A program made the position numbers and the translations under genes. This document shows, piece after piece, positions 18,107 to 26,384 of a stretch of DNA of 54,752 nucleotides; position 1 is the stretch's first letter, and the number at the start of each line of letters is the position of its first letter. Source of the stretch: Alphaproteobacteria bacterium. Lineage in GTDB: Bacteria; Pseudomonadota; Alphaproteobacteria; SHVP01. The notes beneath the pieces were generated by a model. The model worked only from the letters and a program-made list of their open reading frames with translations, was not told where the DNA came from and ran no database searches. The stretch spans positions 1-54,752 of the forward strand of contig JAYQVF010000003.1 of NCBI GenBank assembly GCA_038148335.1. The letters run 5' to 3'.

Positions 18107-19018
18107 ATGACCGGATACGCCAGAACAGCCCTTCTTCTCGCCGGCCTGACCGCGCTTTTTCTCGGCGCCGGCTTTCTGGTCGGCGGCCAGGGCGGCCTGC
18201 TGATCGCGCTCGTCCTGGCGCTCGGGATGAACCTTTTCGCCTACTGGAACTCCGACAGCCTGGTGCTGCGGATGTACGGCGCCAAGCAGGTCGGGGCGGA
18301 CAGCCATCCCCGGCTGTTCCGGCTGGTGGAGCAATTGGCGGCGCGCGGCGACCTGCCGATGCCGAAGGTCTACATCATGGAGAATGCCCAGCCCAACGCG
18401 TTCGCCACCGGGCGCAACCCGCAGAACGCCGCCGTGGCAGTCACGAGCGGCCTGATGAACAAACTGAGCGAGGCGGAACTCGCCGGCGTCATCGGCCACG
18501 AACTGGCGCACATCAAGAACCGCGACACACTGATCATGACGATCACGGCGACCATCGCCGGCGCGCTCGGCATGCTGGCCAACTTCGCCCTGTTCTTCGG
18601 CGGCCGGCGCGACAGCCCGCTGGGGCCAATCGGATCGATCGCCGTGATGATCCTCGCGCCGCTGGCGGCGATGCTGGTGCAGATGGCGATCAGCCGCAGC
18701 CGCGAGTACGAGGCCGACCGCGTCGGCGCGGAGATCGCCGGCAACCCGCTTTGGCTCGCCGCGGCGCTCGACAAGATCGCGGGCGGCGCGGCGCGGATCG
18801 ACAACGTGGCCGCCGAGAACAATCCGGCGACGGCGCACCTGTTCATCATCAACCCGCTGCACGCCCACAAGCGCGACAACCTGTTCTCGACCCACCCGTC
18901 GACCGCGAACCGCATCGCGCGCCTCGAAGCGATGGCGTCCGGCGTGGCGGGATCGTCGTACCAGACGGAAGAGCGACGCAGCCCCCGCCGCGTGCGTCCG
19001 GGCCACCTGCCGCACTAG
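18107..19018 (+). CDS. htpX: zinc metalloprotease HtpX
   Basis: ORF 17981-19018. Start moved to the ATG at 18107 ([14 protein letters not shown]...). HELAH zinc motif, NAFATG, and four TM segments typical of HtpX/M48. Confidence 0.9.
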   Translation: MTGYARTALLLAGLTALFLGAGFLVGGQGGLLIALVLALGMNLFAYWNSDSLVLRMYGAKQVGADSHPRLFRLVEQLAARGDLPMPKVYIMENAQPNAFATGRNPQNAAVAVTSGLMNKLSEAELAGVIGHELAHIKNRDTLIMTITATIAGALGMLANFALFFGGRRDSPLGPIGSIAVMILAPLAAMLVQMAISRSREYEADRVGAEIAGNPLWLAAALDKIAGGAARIDNVAAENNPATAHLFIINPLHAHKRDNLFSTHPSTANRIARLEAMASGVAGSSYQTEERRSPRRVRPGHLPH

Positions 19019-19068
19019 TACCGACGTCGACGCTCCCCTCGGGTGCGACGATGGGGTAGAACCGGGTC

Positions 19069-20166
19069 ATGGAACTCGGAATCTTTCTCATGCCGGCGAG
19101 CGACCCGAAGCGGCCCCTCGCCGACGTCATCGACTGGAACATCGAGGTCATTCGGCAAGCGGACGCGCTCGGCTATGCCGAGGCGTGGGTCGGGCAGCAC
19201 ATCACGACGCCATGGGAGCCCCTGCCCTCGCCGCAGCAGATCATCGCCGGCGCCATCGGGCAGACGCAGAACATCCGGCTGGGCACCGGCGTCGAGGTGC
19301 TCTACCAGCAGCACCCGCTGCGGCTCGCCGCGGAGCTGATCCAGCTCGACCACATGAGCCGCGGACGGCTGATGTTCGGCTTCGGCGCGGGCGGCACCTT
19401 GACCGACGGCCAGCTCTACGGCCTCGACTTCGCCAAGGGCGAGAACGGCGCGCGGTCGCGCGAGGCGCTGGAAATCATCCTGCAGGCGTGGTCGCCCGAG
19501 GGGCCGGACGATTTCGACGGCGAGTTCTGGTCGACGCGGCGGCCGAACTACAACGATCGCTACTACTGGCACCTCAAGCCCTATGCGCCGGCAGAGCCGC
19601 GCATCGCCTTTGCCGGGTTCATGCCGAAATCGGGATCGCTGATGATCGCGGGCGAAAAGGGTTACATCCCGATGAGCTTCAACGTGGCGCCGCAGCACGT
19701 CTCGGTGCACTGGCCGTCGATCGAGGAAGGCGCGGCACGGTCCGGGCGGACGCCGTCGCGCGACAACTGGCGCCAGATCCGCGAGATCTACGTCGCCGAC
19801 ACCGACGCCGAAGCGCGCAGGGCCGTCGTCGACGGCTTCGCCGGGCGGTTCTGGAACGGGTATTTCAGCATCATCGCCGAACGGCTCGGCATCGCCGACA
19901 TGTTCCGCCGCGACGGTGCGCCACCGGACGCCAAGGTCGATGCCGCCTATCTCGTGGATCACGGCACGTGGTTCGTCGGCAGCCCGGACAAGGTCGCGAA
20001 CGAGATCGTCGACCAGTACGAACAGACCGGCGGCTTCGGCGTGCTGCTGCAGATCGGCTTCGACTATGCCGATGCGGACGCGCGCGGCGGGTGGTTCCGT
20101 TCGATGGCGCTTCTGGCCCAAGAAGTCATGCCACGGGTCAACCGGCGGCTCGGCCGCAAGACATAG
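19069..20166 (+). CDS. LLM-class (luciferase-like) flavin-dependent oxidoreductase
   Basis: 365 aa, MELGIFLMPAS...AWVGQH...LGTGV...FGFGAGG. Typical bacterial-luciferase-family TIM-barrel sequence. Confidence 0.85.
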   Translation: MELGIFLMPASDPKRPLADVIDWNIEVIRQADALGYAEAWVGQHITTPWEPLPSPQQIIAGAIGQTQNIRLGTGVEVLYQQHPLRLAAELIQLDHMSRGRLMFGFGAGGTLTDGQLYGLDFAKGENGARSREALEIILQAWSPEGPDDFDGEFWSTRRPNYNDRYYWHLKPYAPAEPRIAFAGFMPKSGSLMIAGEKGYIPMSFNVAPQHVSVHWPSIEEGAARSGRTPSRDNWRQIREIYVADTDAEARRAVVDGFAGRFWNGYFSIIAERLGIADMFRRDGAPPDAKVDAAYLVDHGTWFVGSPDKVANEIVDQYEQTGGFGVLLQIGFDYADADARGGWFRSMALLAQEVMPRVNRRLGRKT

Positions 20167-20251
20167 CGAACGCCGGGCCAGCGCTTTTCAAGGCCGGCCC
20201 GAGCCCCCATACTGCGAACGCTTTGCAGATTCGCGGATGGGAGGCCAGATC

Positions 20252-21445
20252 ATGACCAAATACGTCCATCACGACCTCAAGATCGATCCGACGCCCGAAG
20301 AGGCGGCACGCCAGGCCTTCATGACGAGCATGCGGCTGTATGTGCTGCACGACATGGCGAACGGCATGCGCACGGTCTACGAGAACGAGGTCGAACCCGC
20401 CTTCAAGCGCAAGAACCGACGCGCACCCAAGGACGGCGTCGAGGTTCATCGCGCGCTCAAGAGCGACACGACCTTCAAGTTCTATTCGTCGATGCGCTGC
20501 AACGCGCAGGAGATGGTGTTCCGCTCCATCCTGCCGACCGTCGAACGCAACCAGGACACCCTGAACAAGAAGGCGAAGGCGCTCAGCAAGTCGAAGAAGG
20601 CCAAGGGCACAGTCGACACCGACCCGAAGTTCGAGGTGCCGCGCAGCGTCGCCGCGATCGACATCCATCTGATGCCGGGCAACTACGACACCGAATACGG
20701 CCCCGACGACGTGACCCAGGGCGCGGTCTACGACAACGGCATCTCGGTCTTCAGCATGGGGTTCTTCGGCGACAATCTTGACGACATCGGCAGCTCGATC
20801 TCGCTGTTCATCAAGACGAAGTATCCCAAATTCAAGCCGGCGCGGATCCTCGACATGGGCTGCACCATCGGCCACAACACGGTGCCGTGGGCCAAGACCT
20901 TTCCCAAGGCCGAGGTGCACGCGATCGACGTCGGCGCGCCGGTGGTCCGCTACGGCCACGCCCGGGCGCAGTCCGAGGGCGTCAACGTCCACTTCCATCA
21001 GCAGAACGCCGAAGCGACGACGTTCGAGGACGAAACCTTCGACCTGATCTTTTCGTCGATGTTCCTGCACGAGGTGCCGAAGAAGGGCATCAAGAAGGTG
21101 TTCAAGGAAGCGCGCCGCCTGCTGAAGCCGGGCGGGCTGATGCTTCACATGGAACTGCCGCCGAACAAGATGCTGGGCGCCTACGACCAGTTCTATCTGG
21201 ACTGGGACTCCTACTACAACAAGGAGCCGTTCTATAAGCCGTTCCGCGACGCCGACCCGCAAGCGGTGTGCGCCGAGGCCGGCTTCGCCAAGAGCAAGTT
21301 CGTCCAGTTCATCATTCCGAGCCTGGGCCAGTACGGCACCAAGGCCGTCACCGACGCGGTCAAGCACCAGACCGGCAAGGCCGACGACCACACCGGCCGG
21401 TTTGCGGCCGGCATCCACTGGTACTGCTTCGGGGCGTGGAAGTGA
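20252..21445 (+). CDS. class I SAM-dependent methyltransferase with ~190-aa N-terminal extension (paralogue 1 of 4)
   Basis: ORF 19916-21445; ATG at 20252 preceded by GGGAGG. Motif I ILDMGCTIG, AIDVG, FDLIFSSMFLHE and LLKPGGLMLHME. The conserved pre-core string IDIHLMPGNYDTEY is shared with the paralogues. Confidence 0.85.
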   Translation: MTKYVHHDLKIDPTPEEAARQAFMTSMRLYVLHDMANGMRTVYENEVEPAFKRKNRRAPKDGVEVHRALKSDTTFKFYSSMRCNAQEMVFRSILPTVERNQDTLNKKAKALSKSKKAKGTVDTDPKFEVPRSVAAIDIHLMPGNYDTEYGPDDVTQGAVYDNGISVFSMGFFGDNLDDIGSSISLFIKTKYPKFKPARILDMGCTIGHNTVPWAKTFPKAEVHAIDVGAPVVRYGHARAQSEGVNVHFHQQNAEATTFEDETFDLIFSSMFLHEVPKKGIKKVFKEARRLLKPGGLMLHMELPPNKMLGAYDQFYLDWDSYYNKEPFYKPFRDADPQAVCAEAGFAKSKFVQFIIPSLGQYGTKAVTDAVKHQTGKADDHTGRFAAGIHWYCFGAWK

Positions 21446-21783
21446 GCGGCGACGGCAAGAAACCGTTGCGCTACAGCGTCCGCGGCAAGAAGTCCCAGTT
21501 CTTTTCCGCCGAGGGGGTCGACGAGCTGGTGTCGATCACCATGGCGCTGGCCCAGGAACTGTGGGTGGTGAAGGAGCGGCTGGCGGCCTTCGAGACGCTG
21601 GCGACCAAGAAGAAGGTCTTCACCCAGAAGGAACTGGACAGCGTCAGGTTCACCCCGGCGCAGCGCGCCAAGCTGGACGCCGAGAGCCAGGCGTTCATCG
21701 ACCGCGTGTTCTTCGTGCTGCGCGAGCGCGTCGAGGGGCTGGCCGCCGATCCTGACGAACCGGCGCCGCCGAAAGAGCCGTGA
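21442..21783 (+). CDS. 113-aa hypothetical protein, translationally coupled
   Basis: In frame with ORF 21268-21783. The GTG at 21442 overlaps the methyltransferase stop (GTGA). Predicted helical and charged (…VSITMALAQELWVVKERLAAFETLATKKK…). I recognise no family. Confidence 0.55.
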   Translation: MSGDGKKPLRYSVRGKKSQFFSAEGVDELVSITMALAQELWVVKERLAAFETLATKKKVFTQKELDSVRFTPAQRAKLDAESQAFIDRVFFVLRERVEGLAADPDEPAPPKEP

Positions 21784-22079
21784 TCGTCATCGTCGGCACG
21801 GTGCGCGTGCCGCCGGACAAGATCGATGCGGCGCGGCCGCACATGAGCGCCATGCTCGAGGCATCGCGCGCCGAGGACGGTTGCCTCACCTACAACTACG
21901 CACAGGACGTGCTCGACCCCGGCCTGATCCACGTCAGCGAGGTGTGGGAGAGCGAGGCGGCGCTGAAGGCGCACTTCACGACGCCGCACATGGCGGCGTG
22001 GCGCAAGGCATGGCCCGATCTCGGTATCGGCGAGCGCAACCTGACCAAATTCACGGCCAGCGAGTCGGAGACGATCTAG
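21780..22079 (+). CDS. ABM (antibiotic-biosynthesis-monooxygenase/Dabb fold) domain protein
   Basis: 99 aa. GTG start overlaps the previous stop (GTGA). Typical YgiN-like strings: IVIVGTVRV..., GCLTYNY, VSEVWESEAALKAHF. Confidence 0.8.
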   Translation: MIVIVGTVRVPPDKIDAARPHMSAMLEASRAEDGCLTYNYAQDVLDPGLIHVSEVWESEAALKAHFTTPHMAAWRKAWPDLGIGERNLTKFTASESETI

Positions 22080-22192
22080 CGCGTTCCCGACTCGGACGCT
22101 CGATCTCGAACGATCCTCGGTCAGGACGCCCATGAACGGGGCGCAGCGCGCGCCGGACCGCTATGATGCGGCCACATCAAGGGGAGGCCAGC

Positions 22193-23890
22193 ATGGGCGA
22201 CACCACCATTCGCAGTCACTACGTCGCGGTCGGCAACCGCCGGGTCCACTATCGGCGGGCGGGTTCAGGACCGCCGGTGGTGATGCTGCATCCCTCGCCG
22301 AGCTGGGCGAAGGGCCTGGACGCGTATACCCGCGTCTTCGCCGAGAAGTTCACGGCCATCGCCCTGGATACGCCCGGCTACGGGCATTCCGACCTGCTCG
22401 ACATGGTGAAGCCCGAGATTCCGGACTTCGCGGAAGCGCTCAAGGATACGCTGGATGCGCTCGGTATCGAGAAGTGCGGGCTGTGGGGGTCGCATACCGG
22501 GGCGTCGATCGCGATGGAGTTCACCGTGCGCTACCCGGAGCGGGTGACCGTGTTCGTCATCGACGGCTATCCGGCCTACGAGGACGCCTACCGCGAGGAC
22601 ATGACGAAGTACTACCTGCCGCCCTATGCGCCGAAGTGGGACGGCTCGCACCTGATGTACCAGTGGCACAAGTTCCGCGAGCAGTTCATCTTCTCGCCGA
22701 CCTTCCGCTGGCATCGCGATAGCCGCACGACGACCGCCGCACCGCCGCCGCCGGGCCCGATGCAGGATATGGTGCTGCCGCGGTTTCTCACCGGCGAGGC
22801 CTACAACGTCGGCTATTCGGCCGTCTTCCGCTATGCAGGCCTAGAGCCGATTTCGAAGCTGAAGGTGCCGACGTGCTTCGGCGCGCGGCTGGGCGATTCG
22901 CTGATCAAGGGCTTTCCGCTGATTGACGCGCGCAAGTCCGAAGGGTCGTGGCTGGAGGAGTTGCCGCGCGACATCGGCGAGGCGGCGCTGCGCTATCGCG
23001 AGATCCTGGAACAGCACCCGGCGCCAACCGACGCGCCGCCGGCGCCGGCTTCCGCGCCGATCGCCGGCAAGCTGAACCGCGGCCATCTCGACCTCGGGTT
23101 CGGGCAGATGGCGATGAGCAGCGCCGGGCCCGCCGACGGCGCTCCGCTGATCCTGCTGCCGCAACTGCCGGGCGACGTGTCGCTCGACGCCGGCTTCATG
23201 CTCGAACTTGCCAAGCTCGGGCATCGCGTCATCGCGCTGGACATGCCGGGCAATGGCGATTCGGACGACTGGGCCCTGCCCCACTCGATCGTCAACTACG
23301 CGGGCGCCTTTGCGGAAGCGATCGACGCGCTGGGATTCGACAAGATCGATCTTCTCGGCCACCAGGGCGGCGCTTCGGTCGCGGTGGAGTTCGTGCGTCA
23401 CCAGGCTGCACGGGTGCGCAACCTGCTGCTGTTCGCGCCGCTCGCCATGCCGGACCCCGTGCGCCTCGCCATCGCGCCGCACTATGCACCCCCGATCGAG
23501 CCCAAGTGGGACGGCACCCACCTGATCAGTCTGTGGTTCGCGCTGCGCAACGAGCAGCTGTTCTGGCCGTGGTACAACGAATCGATCCAGGCCGTGCGCA
23601 AGATCGAACCCGAAATCGACCCCAAGCTGCTGGAGCGCAAGATCACCGGCATCCTCAAGCACTACCGCAACTACCACAAAGTCTGGCAGGCGGTGTTCGA
23701 CTATCCGGTGCGCGACAACCTGCAAATGATCCCGGTGCGCACGCTGGTGGCGTCGATCGAGGACGATCCGTTCCATCGTTTTGCCCCCGAGGCGGCGGCG
23801 CTCGTGCCGGGCGGCGACTATGAGATGGTCGACTTCCAGAACGACGCCATCGCCACCGCCGTGGACAGGTTCCTCAAGGCCGGATCGTGA
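22193..23890 (+). CDS. double-module alpha/beta-hydrolase-fold protein (elbows G-S-H-T-G-A and G-H-Q-G-G-A)
   Basis: ORF 22163-23890; ATG at 22193 preceded by AAGGGGAGG. N-module: LHPSPS, LDTPGYGHSD, WGSHTGAS. C-module: LPQLPG, LDMPGNGDSD, LGHQGGAS. Confidence 0.85.
   Translation: MGDTTIRSHYVAVGNRRVHYRRAGSGPPVVMLHPSPSWAKGLDAYTRVFAEKFTAIALDTPGYGHSDLLDMVKPEIPDFAEALKDTLDALGIEKCGLWGSHTGASIAMEFTVRYPERVTVFVIDGYPAYEDAYREDMTKYYLPPYAPKWDGSHLMYQWHKFREQFIFSPTFRWHRDSRTTTAAPPPPGPMQDMVLPRFLTGEAYNVGYSAVFRYAGLEPISKLKVPTCFGARLGDSLIKGFPLIDARKSEGSWLEELPRDIGEAALRYREILEQHPAPTDAPPAPASAPIAGKLNRGHLDLGFGQMAMSSAGPADGAPLILLPQLPGDVSLDAGFMLELAKLGHRVIALDMPGNGDSDDWALPHSIVNYAGAFAEAIDALGFDKIDLLGHQGGASVAVEFVRHQAARVRNLLLFAPLAMPDPVRLAIAPHYAPPIEPKWDGTHLISLWFALRNEQLFWPWYNESIQAVRKIEPEIDPKLLERKITGILKHYRNYHKVWQAVFDYPVRDNLQMIPVRTLVASIEDDPFHRFAPEAAALVPGGDYEMVDFQNDAIATAVDRFLKAGS
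23543..23581 (+). repeat. 39-nt exact repeat, copy 1 (inside the C-module of 22193-23890)
   Basis: CTGCGCAACGAGCAGCTGTTCTGGCCGTGGTACAACGAA is identical to 25213-25261 and encodes LRNEQLFWPWYNE. Confidence 0.9.
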
Positions 23891-25554
23891 CGCTCAGCAG
23901 ACACTTCGTCACCGTCGGCAACCGGCAGGTGCATTACCGGCGCGCGGGTGCCGGCGCACCGGTCGTGCTGTTGCATGCAAGTCCAAGCTCGTCCTGGGCG
24001 CTGACGACGTTCATCGAGACGTTCGGCCGTGAGTTCGCGGCGATCGGCCTCGATACGCCGGGCTATGGCCTGTCCGATCCCCTGGCGATCGAAACGCCGG
24101 AGATCGGCGACTATGCCGAGGCGCTGGCCGAGACGCTGGACGCGCTGGGCATCGGACGCTGCGCGCTGTTCGGCTCGCACACCGGCGCCACAATCGCGCT
24201 GGAATTCGCCCGGCGCTATCCGGAACGCGTCTCGGTGGCGCTGTTCGACGGCTACCCGGCGTGGCCCGAGCACGAGCGGCTCAACATGGAGCGGGAGTAT
24301 CTGCCGCCGTGGCAGCCGGTGTGGACCGGCCTGCATCTCGTCGATTTCTTTCTGCGCTACCGCGAGATGAGCCTGTACTGGCCGTGGTACGACCGGCGCA
24401 AGGCGACCCGCGCCAAAGCGGGCCTGCGAAATCTGGACATGCTGCACCGGATGACCCTGGCCGGCTTCGTCGCGGGGCGCGGCTACGCCAAGGGCTATGC
24501 CGCGGTGTTCCGCTACGACCAGATCGGCGCAGTGCGCGATCTCAAGGTTCCGACGTGCTTTGCCGGTCGCGCCGAGGATTCGCTCAACGAATCGCTAAGA
24601 CTTCTGGGCGACCTGCAGGATATCTGCTGGCGCGAGACCCTGCCCGCAGACGACCATGCCGCGGCGCTGCGCTATCTCGAGATCATTCGCGAGCGGCCCG
24701 GCGACGGCGAGACGCCGCTGCCCGAAACGCGGCCCCTGACGGGACGCATCGCGCGACGATTCGTCCGGTGGTCGGGCGGCGACGTCCTCGTGCGCGAAAC
24801 CGGTAACGGCGACGGCACGCCGCTGATCGTCCTGCCGCAAGTGCCGGGATCGAGCGAGCCTTACGAGACGCTGATGCAGGCGCTGTCGCGCGGCCGCCGG
24901 GTCATCGCCATCGACCCGCCCGGCAACGGCGATTCGGACCTGGCCGCGGCCTTGCCGTTTGCGCAACTTGCGCAGGCGGTGACGGAGGTTCTCGACGGCC
25001 TCGGCCTGGCGATGGTGGACCTCTACGGCCATCAGGGTGGCGCGACGCTCGCCGCGGCGGTGGCGGCGCTGGCGCCGGGGCATGTCCGGCGAATGGTCCT
25101 CGATGCACCGCCGCTGCTGCCGGAGGACCTGCGCGACGCGCTGGCACCCCACTATGCGGCGCCGATCGAGCTGGACGCCGAGGGCGGCCATTTGTTGAAA
25201 CTATGGCATGCCCTGCGCAACGAGCAGCTGTTCTGGCCGTGGTACAACGAAACCCTGGCCGCGGTCCGCGCGGTCGAGCCGGACCTCGAACCGTCACGGC
25301 TGACCGTGCGCGCGATCGGGATTCTGAAGCAGCATCGCAACTACGCACCGAGCTACGCCGCCCTGTTTGCGGCCGATCTCGGCGGCTGGCTCGACACCAT
25401 CGCCTGTCCGACGCTGGTGGCGGCAGCGGAGAACGATCCGTTTGCGGCGTTCGCGCCCGCCGCCGCCGCGCGCATCGCCGGCGCAGAAACGGCCACCCTG
25501 CCGATCCCGGCCGTGGACCGGGCGGTGCCGATCCGGAACTTTCTGGAAAACTAG
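23887..25554 (+). CDS. double-module alpha/beta-hydrolase-fold protein (elbows G-S-H-T-G-A and G-H-Q-G-G-A)
   Basis: 555 aa. GTG start overlaps the previous stop (GTGA). Same N/C module pattern as 22193-23890. Confidence 0.85.
   Translation: MTLSRHFVTVGNRQVHYRRAGAGAPVVLLHASPSSSWALTTFIETFGREFAAIGLDTPGYGLSDPLAIETPEIGDYAEALAETLDALGIGRCALFGSHTGATIALEFARRYPERVSVALFDGYPAWPEHERLNMEREYLPPWQPVWTGLHLVDFFLRYREMSLYWPWYDRRKATRAKAGLRNLDMLHRMTLAGFVAGRGYAKGYAAVFRYDQIGAVRDLKVPTCFAGRAEDSLNESLRLLGDLQDICWRETLPADDHAAALRYLEIIRERPGDGETPLPETRPLTGRIARRFVRWSGGDVLVRETGNGDGTPLIVLPQVPGSSEPYETLMQALSRGRRVIAIDPPGNGDSDLAAALPFAQLAQAVTEVLDGLGLAMVDLYGHQGGATLAAAVAALAPGHVRRMVLDAPPLLPEDLRDALAPHYAAPIELDAEGGHLLKLWHALRNEQLFWPWYNETLAAVRAVEPDLEPSRLTVRAIGILKQHRNYAPSYAALFAADLGGWLDTIACPTLVAAAENDPFAAFAPAAAARIAGAETATLPIPAVDRAVPIRNFLEN
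25213..25261 (+). repeat. 39-nt exact repeat, copy 2 (inside the C-module of 23887-25554)
   Basis: Identical 39-mer to 23543-23581. The flanking bases differ on both sides. Confidence 0.9.
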
Positions 25555-26384
25555 CCGGCCAGGCGGCGCTTGAGAAACTCGTCGATCAGGCGGGCCATGG
25601 TTTCCGGTTGGTCCTGGCTGACGCGATGGTCGCAGCCTGCCACGTCGTGCGCTTCCGATCCGGGAATGAGATCCTTGAGGCGCGCCATCTTGTCGGCGGG
25701 GAATACGTGAGAGCTGTCGCCGCGAAGAATGAGAGTCGGACAAGCGACCTTGATCTCATCCCACATGTCTTGTTCGAGAATGCCTTCGGTGTATTGCGCC
25801 CCCGAAGGATAGTAGAACCACTCGACCTCGCCGGAATCCAAGTGGCGAAAGCTGTGCTCGGCGTAGTGGTCCTTCATGTCCTGCGACCACAGGCTGCTGA
25901 ACGGCATCGCCGCCTTGGCGGTGGCAAAGTCGGGAAAGCGATGCTTGCTGACGATCTCGTCCTTCACGTCGGCGCTGATCTGCTTGTCGAGCGAAAGACC
26001 GGGGTCCGCAACGACAAGGGCGGAAACGCGCTTCGGGTATTGCGACGCCACCAGCAACGCAATGTTGCCGCCGGTGGCAGCGCCGACCAGGACCGCCTTG
26101 GGCACCTGCAGTTCGTCCAGCAGTTCCATCAAGTCCCAAACGTATTCCTGCAGGACGTAGCCGCGTTCGGGGTAATCCGAGTGGCCGTGGCCGCGCGCGT
26201 CCGGCGCGATGAAACGGTTGGGGAGCGTGCTCGCCTCGACCACGAAATCCCAGACCCGGGCATTGGTGCGGTTGGGGTGCAGGAGGACGATCGGCGGCGC
26301 CTCGCCCGGCCAATCGAGGTAACTGACCCGCAGGCGGGACAATCGAATCTCCTCGGGGATCGCCGGACGGGTGAAATCGACCAT
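25551..26384 (-). CDS. single-module alpha/beta-hydrolase-fold protein with Ala at the elbow (G-A-A-T-G-G)
   Basis: ORF 25551-26420 has a TTG start; the ATG at 26382-26384 is preferred but uncertain. Motifs: LLHPNRTNARVW, APDARGHGHSD, VGAATGGN, and a late His in GCDHRV. Confidence 0.75.
   Translation of the reverse strand: MVDFTRPAIPEEIRLSRLRVSYLDWPGEAPPIVLLHPNRTNARVWDFVVEASTLPNRFIAPDARGHGHSDYPERGYVLQEYVWDLMELLDELQVPKAVLVGAATGGNIALLVASQYPKRVSALVVADPGLSLDKQISADVKDEIVSKHRFPDFATAKAAMPFSSLWSQDMKDHYAEHSFRHLDSGEVEWFYYPSGAQYTEGILEQDMWDEIKVACPTLILRGDSSHVFPADKMARLKDLIPGSEAHDVAGCDHRVSQDQPETMARLIDEFLKRRLAG

Noticed and set aside
17561-19015. 484-aa minus-strand ORF.
   Set aside because: It is antisense to htpX, which has the HELAH motif and the TM pattern. 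It is a shadow ORF.
20138-21418. 426-aa minus-strand ORF. The same applies to 40306-41658, 44758-46035 and 7140-8249.
   Set aside because: All are antisense shadows of genes with strong family motifs: methyltransferases, receiver/korB and GST.
21442-22079. Two small overlapping genes (113 aa and 99 aa, 4-nt overlap) that resemble a toxin-antitoxin module in layout.
   Set aside because: The second protein has clear ABM/Dabb-fold strings rather than any toxin or antitoxin family. The pair is embedded by further 4-nt overlaps in a larger enzyme operon.
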